From: an uncultured Acidobacteriota bacterium
Lineage (GTDB): Bacteria > Acidobacteriota > Blastocatellia > RBC074
DNA: 64,000 bases
Direction: 5' to 3'
Assembly: GCA_963796275.1 (NCBI GenBank)
Contig: CAWCKY010000001.1
Coordinates: 576,001-640,000, forward strand
Shown here in pieces: positions 1-9,101 of this stretch. A program made the position numbers and the translations under genes. The notes under the pieces were generated by a model. The model worked only from the letters and a program-made list of their open reading frames with translations. It was not told the origin of the DNA and searched no databases. Every line of letters starts with the position of its first letter. Within the stretch, counting starts at the first letter, position 1.

Positions 1-861
1 CGGGAAGAGAAGAGTCGACAGCGCCCAGATGATGCGACCTGTGAGGTAGACGCGTTTGCGATTGAACAACCCCGGCTTACCCTCGATTTCATTTCGCAGA
101 GCATCCCGGACCGTACCCGCTCCGAGAGCCCTTGCCTGTTGGATCAGCGCGGTCCAGTCGCCGTTCACCCCGATAGCTTTAATCGCCTCATCAGTAAAGC
201 TGACTGACCCATGTGAGAGATTCATGGTGACGAAATCGTATTGGGCGGCCGGGGCATACCTTAAAAGTTCGTAGCCGCCTTTTGTGTTGCGGTCCCCCAC
301 CTCGATTAGCACCGAAGCGCTGCGGTTATCGATCTGCGTATTACCGACTCGTTCCCGCTTCGGGATGATTCCCACGATACTGAGTTGAGTCTCGGTCGCT
401 TGATCAAGAAAGACGACCGTCTTCTCCGTGCGTCTTTTTATGGCGCTCTCAAGTTGCTCCCGGAGTCTGGCATCCAATCCACTCCTGCCTATGATAAATA
501 CCTGCTCGGCCGGCACTCGATATTGTTGTTGTAATTGCGACTGAACTTTTGCGACAGTGGCGGCGGCGTTCTCAGCTACCCGCGCCGCATCTATCACACT
601 TCCGATGGGCTCCAGGGACAGCTCGATCATTTCAGAATTTATGAGCCTGATGCCGGATCCGTCTTCGCTATTCGAAATCCGGATTGTTATGGCTTTTATC
701 CCTTCGCCGCTGAGTTCGATGCCGGCGAAGAGTTCCTTGGTTGTGATCGAAGATTGTCCCCCCGCGAACGCCCCCAGGACAGGAAGTATCAAGCTCAGTA
801 TCAGGGCAGTCTCCAGGATTTTACGAACTTTGAAGGCGAAATCACCGATCCGTTGAGTCAT
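1..861 (-). CDS. Secreted Ppx/GppA-like ASKHA-fold protein, 3' end truncated by window edge
   Basis: Absent from the ORF track. Manual translation from ATG 861 stays open to base 1: MTQRIGDFAFKVRKILETALILSLILPVLGAFAG (signal-like) ... FAGIELSGEGIK ... VLIEVGDRNTKGG ... RVYLTGRIIWAL, resembling the three ASKHA phosphate/adenosine motifs. Confidence 0.65.
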   Translation of the reverse strand, partial: MTQRIGDFAFKVRKILETALILSLILPVLGAFAGGQSSITTKELFAGIELSGEGIKAITIRISNSEDGSGIRLINSEMIELSLEPIGSVIDAARVAENAAATVAKVQSQLQQQYRVPAEQVFIIGRSGLDARLREQLESAIKRRTEKTVVFLDQATETQLSIVGIIPKRERVGNTQIDNRSASVLIEVGDRNTKGGYELLRYAPAAQYDFVTMNLSHGSVSFTDEAIKAIGVNGDWTALIQQARALGAGTVRDALRNEIEGKPGLFNRKRVYLTGRIIWALSTLLFP

Positions 862-867
862 AGTCTG

Positions 868-1797
868 CTATTGATTGAATGGATCGAATATCAAGGTCAA
901 GCTGCTCTGAACTTTGACCCGTGCGCCATTGATTCTCGTAGGTTTGAATACCCATTTGCGGATCGCATCCAGTGCCGCGGTGTGCAGCATTGGATGCCCG
1001 CTCACTGCTACTGCTTCGATTACCCGGCCTTCCTCCGAAACGACGAAATGGACCTCGACCGGACCGGAGGCGTTAGCGTTTAGGGCGAAGCGCGGATAAA
1101 CGGGCCTGACCTTCTTTCTGGCGATCCCGCGAATTTCCCCTTCGGTAACCTTTCGTATCGATCTTAGCGGAATTACCAGACTCGGCCTCTCCTCTACCTC
1201 CGCCAAGATGTCCGGATCTAGGGTGATGCCGAAAGAGGCGGGAGTGAAGTAATCGAGATGAGCTGGAATGGCGAGCGAAGGTCGATTCCATGAGAGCTTG
1301 TTGATAGATTCCGAGGAGATTGTTGGAAAGGAATATTCGGGCGACATTTCCGGGGTGACGAAACGTAAATTCTGAGCCAGACGCACCATCTCCGGCAGGG
1401 AGCGCAAGCGGCGAACCTGGTAGAGTTGATTATCGTGTTCAATCACTGCGTGAAAGAATGACGGCGCCCCGGTCACTCCTTTTTTGAATGTTCCGACGGA
1501 GATTGCGACTACTACCTTGTTTCCGTTCGACAGAACAGCATTTGCTTCCGTACACGCAAGCAGGTCTCGATCTGAACCAGGCCGCTCGCCACATTCGGTA
1601 AGCTGCCATAGTATTCCGGCGTCCGGGCCTGTCAAATCCTTAAACCAGTCGGCGAAAGGGCGTTCCGGTAATCCTTGATCGAGCGTCGACGTCGGCATCC
1701 GTTGTACCAGCGAAATTGCTTGCTTCTCGAACGTTATGATCTGAGATGCTCCACTTAACCAGATGAATAAGCCTGTTAGAATAGCTGATATCTTCAT
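868..1797 (-). CDS. TonB C-terminal domain protein with N-terminal signal peptide
   Basis: C-terminal PVYPRFALNANASGPVEVHFVVSEEGRVIEAVAVSGHPMLHTAALDAIRKWVFKP is a TonB_C signature. Confidence 0.85.
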   Translation of the reverse strand: MKISAILTGLFIWLSGASQIITFEKQAISLVQRMPTSTLDQGLPERPFADWFKDLTGPDAGILWQLTECGERPGSDRDLLACTEANAVLSNGNKVVVAISVGTFKKGVTGAPSFFHAVIEHDNQLYQVRRLRSLPEMVRLAQNLRFVTPEMSPEYSFPTISSESINKLSWNRPSLAIPAHLDYFTPASFGITLDPDILAEVEERPSLVIPLRSIRKVTEGEIRGIARKKVRPVYPRFALNANASGPVEVHFVVSEEGRVIEAVAVSGHPMLHTAALDAIRKWVFKPTRINGARVKVQSSLTLIFDPFNQ

Positions 1798-1808
1798 ACC
1801 ACCTTCAT

Positions 1809-2271
1809 TAAAATCAACCTTAAAATCAACCTTAGTTGAATTATCCGCGGTTCAGCGGCATAGGAAATTTGATGCATCGCGGGGTAATCCATCATCTCCG
1901 GAAAAGTGGAACCACCTCGTTGGCTCCGGGAGAATTGATGCGAAAAGGCATCAGATAAGCTATACATTTTGTCGTGGGAAGTCAATGGGTTGCACGTCTC
2001 GCCCGTAAGAACAATTCATTTTCCATTTTCCATTTTTCCCTTTCGAATCAAGTACATTATCAATGGTCGAAGAAAGTGAAAATTGAGATTGGAAATGTTT
2101 TTATCGAAAGGTTATGAGTACAACTAGTATTGACTACCCCGTCATATTAATGATTTACTTGAACCGTAGTAAAATATAAATACTCTCTTGAGTATTTCTT
2201 CTTGAGTATTTCTTAGTGATACTTACCCTGTGCCCCCATCTTCAAAACGAAGTCGAATTTAGAAGTCGAAT
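1809..2271. repeat. Three different short direct duplications in an AT-rich divergent intergenic region
   Basis: TAAAATCAACCT x2 (1809-1832), CTTGAGTATTTCTT x2 (2187-2214), GAAGTCGAAT x2 (2249-2258, 2262-2271). Confidence 0.8.
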
Positions 2272-2419
2272 ATATTGAAATCAGAAGATAGCTTAAGTAT
2301 CGTTGCTATATATATCTCCTTGAATATGTCGACCTGTCCCAGGACGGCGATTCTTCCGTCAAGGTTTGGTAGATTCTTCGATTCCATGTTTCACCCATAA
2401 CTTCTAAGGAGCTGCACCG

Positions 2420-3949
2420 ATGCCCAGAGACAAAGCCAAAAAGATCGAGCCAGAACCCAACAATTTCTCTTCAATAATTCCTATCGAAGATGACAAGAAT
2501 GCGGGTAAGAGCAACAACAAGGTCCTCCCGCTAGGATCCTCCAGGTATGGCTTCAACGTGCTGGATCAGAATGCTAATCGGGAAGGGCGTGGGGAAACGG
2601 GGGAGGCTCCGCCCGAACAGGGTGTGGAAGCGATGTCAGAGATCAAATCACGTGTTGAGGCGGTGCTTTCGCGCATCAAAGCCGAGACTTCCGAGATGGG
2701 ACTCAACGAAGGGCCGGATTATAAGACGGCGGAATTAGTGAAGCCCGCGGAAGTCCGGGTAGAGGCCAGAGTGGATTATCCGCCAGAGCATCAAGGCTCG
2801 GTCACCGGCTCTTTAAGCAACACGGGTCCCCTGGGTACGGGATCCTTAGGCACAGGGCCGTTACTCAAAAGCCTTACGAATGAACTGGAGCGCCGGCGGT
2901 CAGAACTTTTCGCGCAGGTGCGCATCGCGGAAGCCCGAGCGCAGGAGATCGAGGAAAGGTATAGGGAAACGGAGCGCAGGCTCGAACAGGAACTTGCTAT
3001 GCGCCGTACGGCCGAGCAGCGACTCAGGGAATTGGAGGATGAATACCTCCATCGCTTGACGGCCGCGGAAGAAGAGGAATTGAAGCGGCTCGACGCCGAA
3101 TCGGCGCGTGAAAGGGCCGAAGCCCAACTGCGCGAATTTGAAAAACGCGTCAAAGATGCCGAAGACACGATGTTGGTGGAAACCGAAGCGCACGTGCAGA
3201 GCGAGAAGGCGATGAGGGAAGCAGAGGCGAGGGCTGAAGCCGCCTCGCTCGCAGTCGCCGATGCCGAGCGCCGTCGGTCCGAAGCGGAAGCCAGGGCACA
3301 ATCGGCGGAGGATAATGCGCGAGCAATTGAAGGCCTGATAGATGAAGCGGAATCGATCGCGAATGCTGCCAGGGATAGATACAAGAACGCCGAAACCAGG
3401 ATGCAGCAGGAAGTTCAGCTGAGGGGCGAGGCTGAGGAGAAGCTTAAGACGTTAGAAAATGAGCTGAGTTATTATCTGGAAGTTGACTGGAGCAAGGTCG
3501 AGCCCAGATCAGACGACGCAGTGAGCGATCAGGCTGCGACGCACCTCAAATCACAAGTTGAATCGGAGCAGAAGGTGCGTGCGGCCGCCGAGGAAGCTCG
3601 CACGGCTGCCGAAGTCAGGGTTCGCCAGCTGGAAGAAGAGCTCTTCAAGTATGAGGAGAAATACCGCCAGGTGGAGGAGAAGCATCGCCAGGCTGAAGCT
3701 GGTTTCAAGAAGATATTGCGAAAGCAGGAATCGGAATTACGCTCTATGTCGGAGCAGGTCACCCGCGCGAATTCCACAACCACCGATCTTACTCTGGTTA
3801 AATCGCCCGGGAAAAATGACACGCATATAACTATCGCGGCAATGACTCGGAATGCGAAGCTCAAGCTGGTGGGTTACGGCGTCGTAATCTCATTTCTAAT
3901 ATATGGATTAAGCTACCTCGCCTACCAGATAATCATGCAGTTGACATAG
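2420..3949 (+). CDS. Long coiled-coil protein with a single C-terminal transmembrane helix
   Basis: RBS AAGGAG; about 300 aa rich in E/A/R/Q with heptad character; TGSL/TGPL mini-repeats before the coil; C-terminal LVGYGVVISFLIYGLSYLAYQII. Confidence 0.85.
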   Translation: MPRDKAKKIEPEPNNFSSIIPIEDDKNAGKSNNKVLPLGSSRYGFNVLDQNANREGRGETGEAPPEQGVEAMSEIKSRVEAVLSRIKAETSEMGLNEGPDYKTAELVKPAEVRVEARVDYPPEHQGSVTGSLSNTGPLGTGSLGTGPLLKSLTNELERRRSELFAQVRIAEARAQEIEERYRETERRLEQELAMRRTAEQRLRELEDEYLHRLTAAEEEELKRLDAESARERAEAQLREFEKRVKDAEDTMLVETEAHVQSEKAMREAEARAEAASLAVADAERRRSEAEARAQSAEDNARAIEGLIDEAESIANAARDRYKNAETRMQQEVQLRGEAEEKLKTLENELSYYLEVDWSKVEPRSDDAVSDQAATHLKSQVESEQKVRAAAEEARTAAEVRVRQLEEELFKYEEKYRQVEEKHRQAEAGFKKILRKQESELRSMSEQVTRANSTTTDLTLVKSPGKNDTHITIAAMTRNAKLKLVGYGVVISFLIYGLSYLAYQIIMQLT

Positions 3950-4027
3950 GGAAATGTTGATTTAAGACAAATAGGCCCAAATTATCATCTATCGTATCGT
4001 ATATCATCGCCCCCTATCGATCTGAGT

Positions 4028-4606
4028 ATGAAAACACGAAGTACGATTCAGATCCTTTTTACAGCGATCTTGTTCACAGCGGGAGCTCTCTCCACCGCTT
4101 ACTCTCAGGAACCGCTCCCCCCTGATAAGAAGAGAGCATTGCATAGATTCGATCCGGCCGATATTTTTCCTGAAGAGCGAGAATCTACGCGGGGGGCGGG
4201 TAGACGGAGGCAAAGGAGGGAAGGGCCCGCTGCATCCGCGGCTCCCAAGAATCCAGCGCCGTCATCTAACAGGCTGAGGTCGCTAACTCCGGCTCCGACG
4301 CCGCGGGTTTCTGCCGCTAAAGCGAAACCATCTCCGGCTCCTACTTTGGCGCCGACGCCTCAGGTAGAAGCTACGGCGACGAGTACCCCTGAGCTTGCAG
4401 CTACTCCTCAAATCGAGGCTACTCCTCAATTTGATGCGGTGGCGGCTGTCCAATCGTCAGGTATCTCGCCTCAGGTTCCCGGCGGAGATCAAGTTGGCGA
4501 CGGCGATGGGTTTCCCTTGTACTTCCTTCTCCCTATGCTCGGGTTGATTGTATTCGTTTTGATCGCTCTGATAATCAGTCTAAAAAAGCAACTACGTACT
4601 CCCTGA
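4028..4606 (+). CDS. Pro/Ala/Thr-rich exported protein with C-terminal membrane anchor
   Basis: Signal peptide (ILFTAILFTAGALSTAYSQ), PAPT/ATPQ low complexity, C-terminal TM helix followed by basic KKQLR tail. Confidence 0.75.
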   Translation: MKTRSTIQILFTAILFTAGALSTAYSQEPLPPDKKRALHRFDPADIFPEERESTRGAGRRRQRREGPAASAAPKNPAPSSNRLRSLTPAPTPRVSAAKAKPSPAPTLAPTPQVEATATSTPELAATPQIEATPQFDAVAAVQSSGISPQVPGGDQVGDGDGFPLYFLLPMLGLIVFVLIALIISLKKQLRTP

Positions 4607-4988
4607 AGGTAGTTGTAAGATAGTTGTTAGTTAGTAAAGCGAAAAACGCCCTTTAGCAGAAAATAATGTATCCCCCCGATCGCAAGCGAAGAGCTTGCTT
4701 TTTATCACGTTTTTGGTCAAGATTTTGGCAGCGATCAGATCCATGATCATTGTAGTGACCGTAATCACAATTCAGGTCTTTAGGTTTAAGCCAGATACTG
4801 CCAGTCATGTAAACCCCGTGTCACAATCTGGCGTCATGAGGTATAAACCTACCAATCCTTCCAGCGCATAAAGTGATTTCAGTCGCGCGCTCCGTCCGCC
4901 TCACCACATGGACTGGGATTTGATTGAAGAGATGTTTGGTTAACCAATTGGTGCCCGGAACAAAGACATTGATGGGGGATAAAAACTA

Positions 4989-6104
4989 ATGAAGATCAAT
5001 TGTCCGAAATGCCAGTTCGAGAATCAGGCTGATTCGACACGAGTTGTTTGCGCGCGTTGCGCGACGATCATCGAAGTCAGATTAGATCAGGGTTCGAACG
5101 CAGATACCAATGGCAAGCGTCAGACTGCACGGCTGCCCTTTGGCATCAGCTCCGGCAACAATCAAGGGTCGAATAGCCAGCAATTGAATCAGCACCACGA
5201 CGTTTATGCGACACGTCTGGGCGAAGATTTCGATGATGTGCTCGATATCCCGCGCCCGGAACAGCCGAGCTATCAAACGGGTTATGAAACGCCATCTGTT
5301 TATGATGATGTCTTTGCCAGTCCGAGTTATGATTCATCGACGGCATATGATTATTCCTCAAACGATAGAAGGTCGAACCCGGTGGAGACTTTCCGGCCTG
5401 GCGCGTCACGGCAACGGGAGACGCAGGATTACATCAACGAGGCGGAGCCAGAGTTTATGGGTTGGCCTGTTCTGCCGGACGATTCGAAGGGTGCGGAAGG
5501 CGGCGAGCGAGTCTCTTCGAGCCGCGACGGCGTCTTAACCAGAATTGTGGCAACGGTCCTCATCTTCGGTGTGCTGGTCTCAGTCGCCTACTATTTCGTC
5601 AGCCTTCGAAAACCCGATGTCAAAGCTGCCAACAAAGCGCCTGCGACATCGACAGCGGCGGGCAGCGAAACGCAGAAGACCACCGATGTGGCATCAAATG
5701 CGGGAGCGGGAGAGGAAGCCAAGTCGGAACTCGCGACAGAAGCGCGATCCGAAGCTGAATCGCGCAATCCGGGCGAGGCTGTGTCTGTCCCCCCTGCTCC
5801 GGAGACTACTTCCAGCAATGTCACGCGGAGTCCGAGTCCTTCCATCCCCGTGATACCAAACAATGGCGAATTTACTATCCAGATCGCTTCCTTCAGCGAT
5901 CAGGTTCAAGCAAATGACCGCGCCGCGAGTCTACGACCTGCCGGCATCTCGGGTGGCAGCGTAGTCAGGGTTGATTTACCGAATATCGGCGTCCGTTATC
6001 GCGTCTATGTCGGCGGATTCGCGAGCAGGGAAGAGGCTGCGGGCGTTGCGCTGCAACTCAGGGCCAAAAACATAATTCAGGAATACCTAATAACAAGGAG
6101 ATAG
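4989..6104 (+). CDS. Zinc-ribbon / TM / SPOR domain protein
   Basis: N-terminal CPKC...CARC, one TM helix, C-terminal FTIQIASF...RYRVYVGGFASREEA SPOR motif. Confidence 0.9.
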   Translation: MKINCPKCQFENQADSTRVVCARCATIIEVRLDQGSNADTNGKRQTARLPFGISSGNNQGSNSQQLNQHHDVYATRLGEDFDDVLDIPRPEQPSYQTGYETPSVYDDVFASPSYDSSTAYDYSSNDRRSNPVETFRPGASRQRETQDYINEAEPEFMGWPVLPDDSKGAEGGERVSSSRDGVLTRIVATVLIFGVLVSVAYYFVSLRKPDVKAANKAPATSTAAGSETQKTTDVASNAGAGEEAKSELATEARSEAESRNPGEAVSVPPAPETTSSNVTRSPSPSIPVIPNNGEFTIQIASFSDQVQANDRAASLRPAGISGGSVVRVDLPNIGVRYRVYVGGFASREEAAGVALQLRAKNIIQEYLITRR

Positions 6105-6197
6105 ATTCAGGATCGAATCGTTTCCTATTGCCGCATAGGTATATTTAGGTTACAGTAACCGGAACTTACGATTTTTTACCTTGAGAAGAGTTGAATC

Positions 6198-7787
6198 TTG
6201 AAGACTGAGATTATCGGTTTACAAGGCCAGCGAATATCGAAAGAGCAGGCGACGGTGAGAAGGATCAGTCCTGACCGGGCTCAGGTCTACGTGAAGATCG
6301 TCGAGCGGTATGCGATGCTTTTCGATAGGCCGGAAGTGCGCCTTCGCTTTCTCAATAACATGATCGCCAAGCAGGTTGTCCGGCAGAAGAAGCTGCAGCA
6401 CGCTCTTCGCCACTTTCGGTTTGTCGAGCGGACGCGGCTGTATGATATCCTGCTGGATGTTCGGTTTTATCGGTCGATCATGGAGGAACTGAGCGCATCG
6501 GCCGGGGCTGTCCCCATTCACCGCAGCAAGTATTTCCGTAACATCAGAATCCCCCTGACCGCCCGCACTGGGTTCTTCTGCTATCAATTCAGACATGCAA
6601 TCTACGGTACAGGCCTTATGCTTGCACTTCTCATGGTGTTCGGCATGTACTCGCTCGTCGGCTGGTCGGTCGGTCGGGTAGATAAATTGCTGGCCAAATA
6701 CTATCGACCCGGCTCATCCGAGGTCTTAAGGCAGGGCGAGGCGGCAGCAATGGTACGGCCACCGCGCCCAAAGGAAGCGGAGAAGACACCGGCCAAGCTC
6801 GAAAAGGTCTGGTTTCTCGATAAGAAGGGTAATATCGAGAGATGGAGTAACCGAGCCAGGATTCGAACCGAATTCGAGACTGAAAACCGCCCGCGCAGAT
6901 TCTACGCGATACCACGGGGCTCAGATACTGCCCCCGATAGATTACGATCTGACATCGTAGGTATCGTATATCACACTTCAGAAAGCCATATAGTTCCTTA
7001 CGATCCTGGTTATAGCGAGGATATAGTGAGAAGCTCGCGGGGTGTGATCAATTACATTCGAAACAACAAGCTGTATAACTATCTTATCGACCGGAGCGGC
7101 GATATCTATCGCATAGTCCGGGATGAGCACGCAGCCAATCACTCTGGCCATTCCATCTGGGCGGACAGTAATTATGCGTACGTCGGGTTGAATGAGAGTT
7201 TCATAGGGATATGTTTTGAATCGACGGTTAACGCCGATTCCAAAGAGATATTGACTGAGCCGCAGATCTTAAGCGGGAAAGAATTGACCGACGTGCTGCG
7301 CAACAAATACAATATCGATGATGCGAATTGCACAACGCACGGTCTCGTCTCGATCAAACCGGAACGAATGCTCGTTGCTTTCCATCACGATTGGGTTCGC
7401 GACTTCCCATTTGAAGCTATGGGGTTATCCGACAAATACAAGGTTCCTCCGCCCAACATCAGCGATTATGGGTTCACCTATGACGATGAGATATTGGCGA
7501 AGCTAAATGGTAAGTTGTGGGAGGGTGCGATTATCGCTGAAGCTGAATTCAAAAAACGGGCAGAGCAAGCCATCATCGACCCTCAGATTCTGCGCGAAAA
7601 TTTGCGTGACCGCTATTTGACTCAGTATTATGCACAGTTCAACAAATCGCCGATAGATAAGATCAGTTTTACCAGCGAAGAACCTCAAGATAAAACCAGT
7701 GGCCCGTCTTTCATCACACGATCAGCTTCTAGCAAGATGATCGTGGGATCATCCCGGAAAACCAAACCCGGCCGACGCCGGCGTTAA
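6198..7787 (+). CDS. Membrane-anchored N-acetylmuramoyl-L-alanine amidase (Amidase_2/PGRP-like)
   Basis: GIVYHTSE, YNYLIDRSGDIYRIV, ANHSG, NESFIGICFE, TTHG motifs; TM helix near aa 135-155; start codon uncertain (TTG). Confidence 0.85.
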   Translation: MKTEIIGLQGQRISKEQATVRRISPDRAQVYVKIVERYAMLFDRPEVRLRFLNNMIAKQVVRQKKLQHALRHFRFVERTRLYDILLDVRFYRSIMEELSASAGAVPIHRSKYFRNIRIPLTARTGFFCYQFRHAIYGTGLMLALLMVFGMYSLVGWSVGRVDKLLAKYYRPGSSEVLRQGEAAAMVRPPRPKEAEKTPAKLEKVWFLDKKGNIERWSNRARIRTEFETENRPRRFYAIPRGSDTAPDRLRSDIVGIVYHTSESHIVPYDPGYSEDIVRSSRGVINYIRNNKLYNYLIDRSGDIYRIVRDEHAANHSGHSIWADSNYAYVGLNESFIGICFESTVNADSKEILTEPQILSGKELTDVLRNKYNIDDANCTTHGLVSIKPERMLVAFHHDWVRDFPFEAMGLSDKYKVPPPNISDYGFTYDDEILAKLNGKLWEGAIIAEAEFKKRAEQAIIDPQILRENLRDRYLTQYYAQFNKSPIDKISFTSEEPQDKTSGPSFITRSASSKMIVGSSRKTKPGRRRR

Positions 7788-7972
7788 TAACAGATTACAC
7801 AGCGTATCCGTAGAAAGCAGAAATGAAATTGCAGAAGAAATAGCCGTCACGCCAAATTCGAAGCTTTTTCACCTCGCAGTGCCCTCTTGCCGGCCATTCT
7901 GAATCTGTTTCCAGCATCTGCATTCTGAATAAACAATTCACAAATAAATAGATAGATCCGATATGGAGGAAT

Positions 7973-9010
7973 ATGGAAGAGAATAAGACAATGACGGTGA
8001 CGGTCGAAAAGGAGGTCGACGGTCCCGAGGTAGGGGCAGTGGGGCTAGATGTCGGCACCAGCCGCGTTGTCATGGCCGGTGGTCAGAGCGGACATAAGGC
8101 AGTAACTCAGCTCAATGCATTCGTCGGAGTCCCATACTCAAAGATGACTGAGGCCATCTTGCAGCAGAACAAGATGGTATACCATCGTAATGGGAAGGCG
8201 CTTTTCATCTTCGGTAACGACTCTGAGCGGTTTGCGAGCTTCTTCAATGCCGTCGCTCGCCGCCCTATGCAACATGGCGTACTCAATCCGCAGGAACCGA
8301 TGGGACAGCAGATCATTCAGGCGATCATCGAATCAATTGTCCCGCGCGGGCGTAAAAATCAGTTGCTTTGTTTTAGCACCCCAGGCAAAGGCGAGGGGGC
8401 GGACGCCAATCTCGTCTATCACGAAGCCGTCCTGAGAAATTTCCTGAACACCCTGGGATATGACTCGAAAGCAGTCAATGAAGGTCTGGCGGTTGTATTT
8501 GCCGAACTGCAGAACGAGAATTTCACGGGCATTGGAATAAGCTGCGGTGGCGGCATGTGTAACGTCTGCGTTGCTTTTCTTTCCGTCCCGATGTTAACTT
8601 TCAGCATCCCGATCGCCGGCGATTACATAGACTCGAGCGTTGCGGCGGTTGTTGACGAACCGGTCACGCGCGTCCGTTTGATCAAGGAAGAAGCGCTCGA
8701 TCTATCGCGCCAGCCCAGAGACAAAGTGACGAGCGCTCTGCAGATTTATTACGAGGAAGTGATCAATACTCTCGTCAGCAAACTGCGCGAGGAGTTCGAA
8801 AACTCCCGCCAATTGCCCAAGATCGACCGGGCGATGCCTGTCGTCCTTTCCGGAGGCACTGCCAAACCGCGCGGATTTCTGCAGAAATTCGAGACGGCGA
8901 TCAGAGCGGGCGGTTTCCCGGTACAGATCTCCGATGTTCGGATGGCCAGCGATCCGCTCACAGCAACGGCTCGCGGATGTTATATAGCCGCGATGTCGGA
9001 AGTCAGATGA
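7973..9010 (+). CDS. Actin-like ATPase, volactin/Mad28-like subfamily
   Basis: Actin-fold motifs VGLDVGTS, NEGLAV, GIGISCGGGMCNV, AGDYID, VLSGGTAKP, TARG; RBS GGAGG. Subfamily assignment from recalled similarity. Confidence 0.85.
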   Translation: MEENKTMTVTVEKEVDGPEVGAVGLDVGTSRVVMAGGQSGHKAVTQLNAFVGVPYSKMTEAILQQNKMVYHRNGKALFIFGNDSERFASFFNAVARRPMQHGVLNPQEPMGQQIIQAIIESIVPRGRKNQLLCFSTPGKGEGADANLVYHEAVLRNFLNTLGYDSKAVNEGLAVVFAELQNENFTGIGISCGGGMCNVCVAFLSVPMLTFSIPIAGDYIDSSVAAVVDEPVTRVRLIKEEALDLSRQPRDKVTSALQIYYEEVINTLVSKLREEFENSRQLPKIDRAMPVVLSGGTAKPRGFLQKFETAIRAGGFPVQISDVRMASDPLTATARGCYIAAMSEVR

Positions 9011-9015
9011 TCGAA

Positions 9016-9087
9016 TGCGGATTGCGGATATCAGCGTGAGCAATAAGTTGAGTCGTAAAGATCGATTCGACGAATCCGCAATCCGCA
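9016..9087. repeat. Inverted heptamer doublet forming an intergenic hairpin
   Basis: TGCGGAT x2 at 9016-9029 pairs with ATCCGCA x2 at 9074-9087. Confidence 0.75.
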
Positions 9088-9101
9088 GCTCATAATATAG
9101 A

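Noticed and set aside
535-1083. Plus-strand ORFs 535-1083 and 557-856
   Set aside because: Antisense to the TonB_C gene and the manually translated minus-strand gene 1-861.
4505-4606. PEP-CTERM or sortase sorting signal
   Set aside because: TM helix plus basic tail is present, but there is no VPEP or LPxTG motif and no exosortase in the window.
4754-4769. CRP-like site AGTGA-N6-TCACA upstream of the SPOR gene
   Set aside because: A single near-match can arise by chance and has no corroborating context.
7973-9010. Calling this mreB, ftsA or a magnetosome island gene
   Set aside because: No mreCD, ftsQ/ftsZ or mam genes are adjacent, and the motifs differ from MreB and FtsA.
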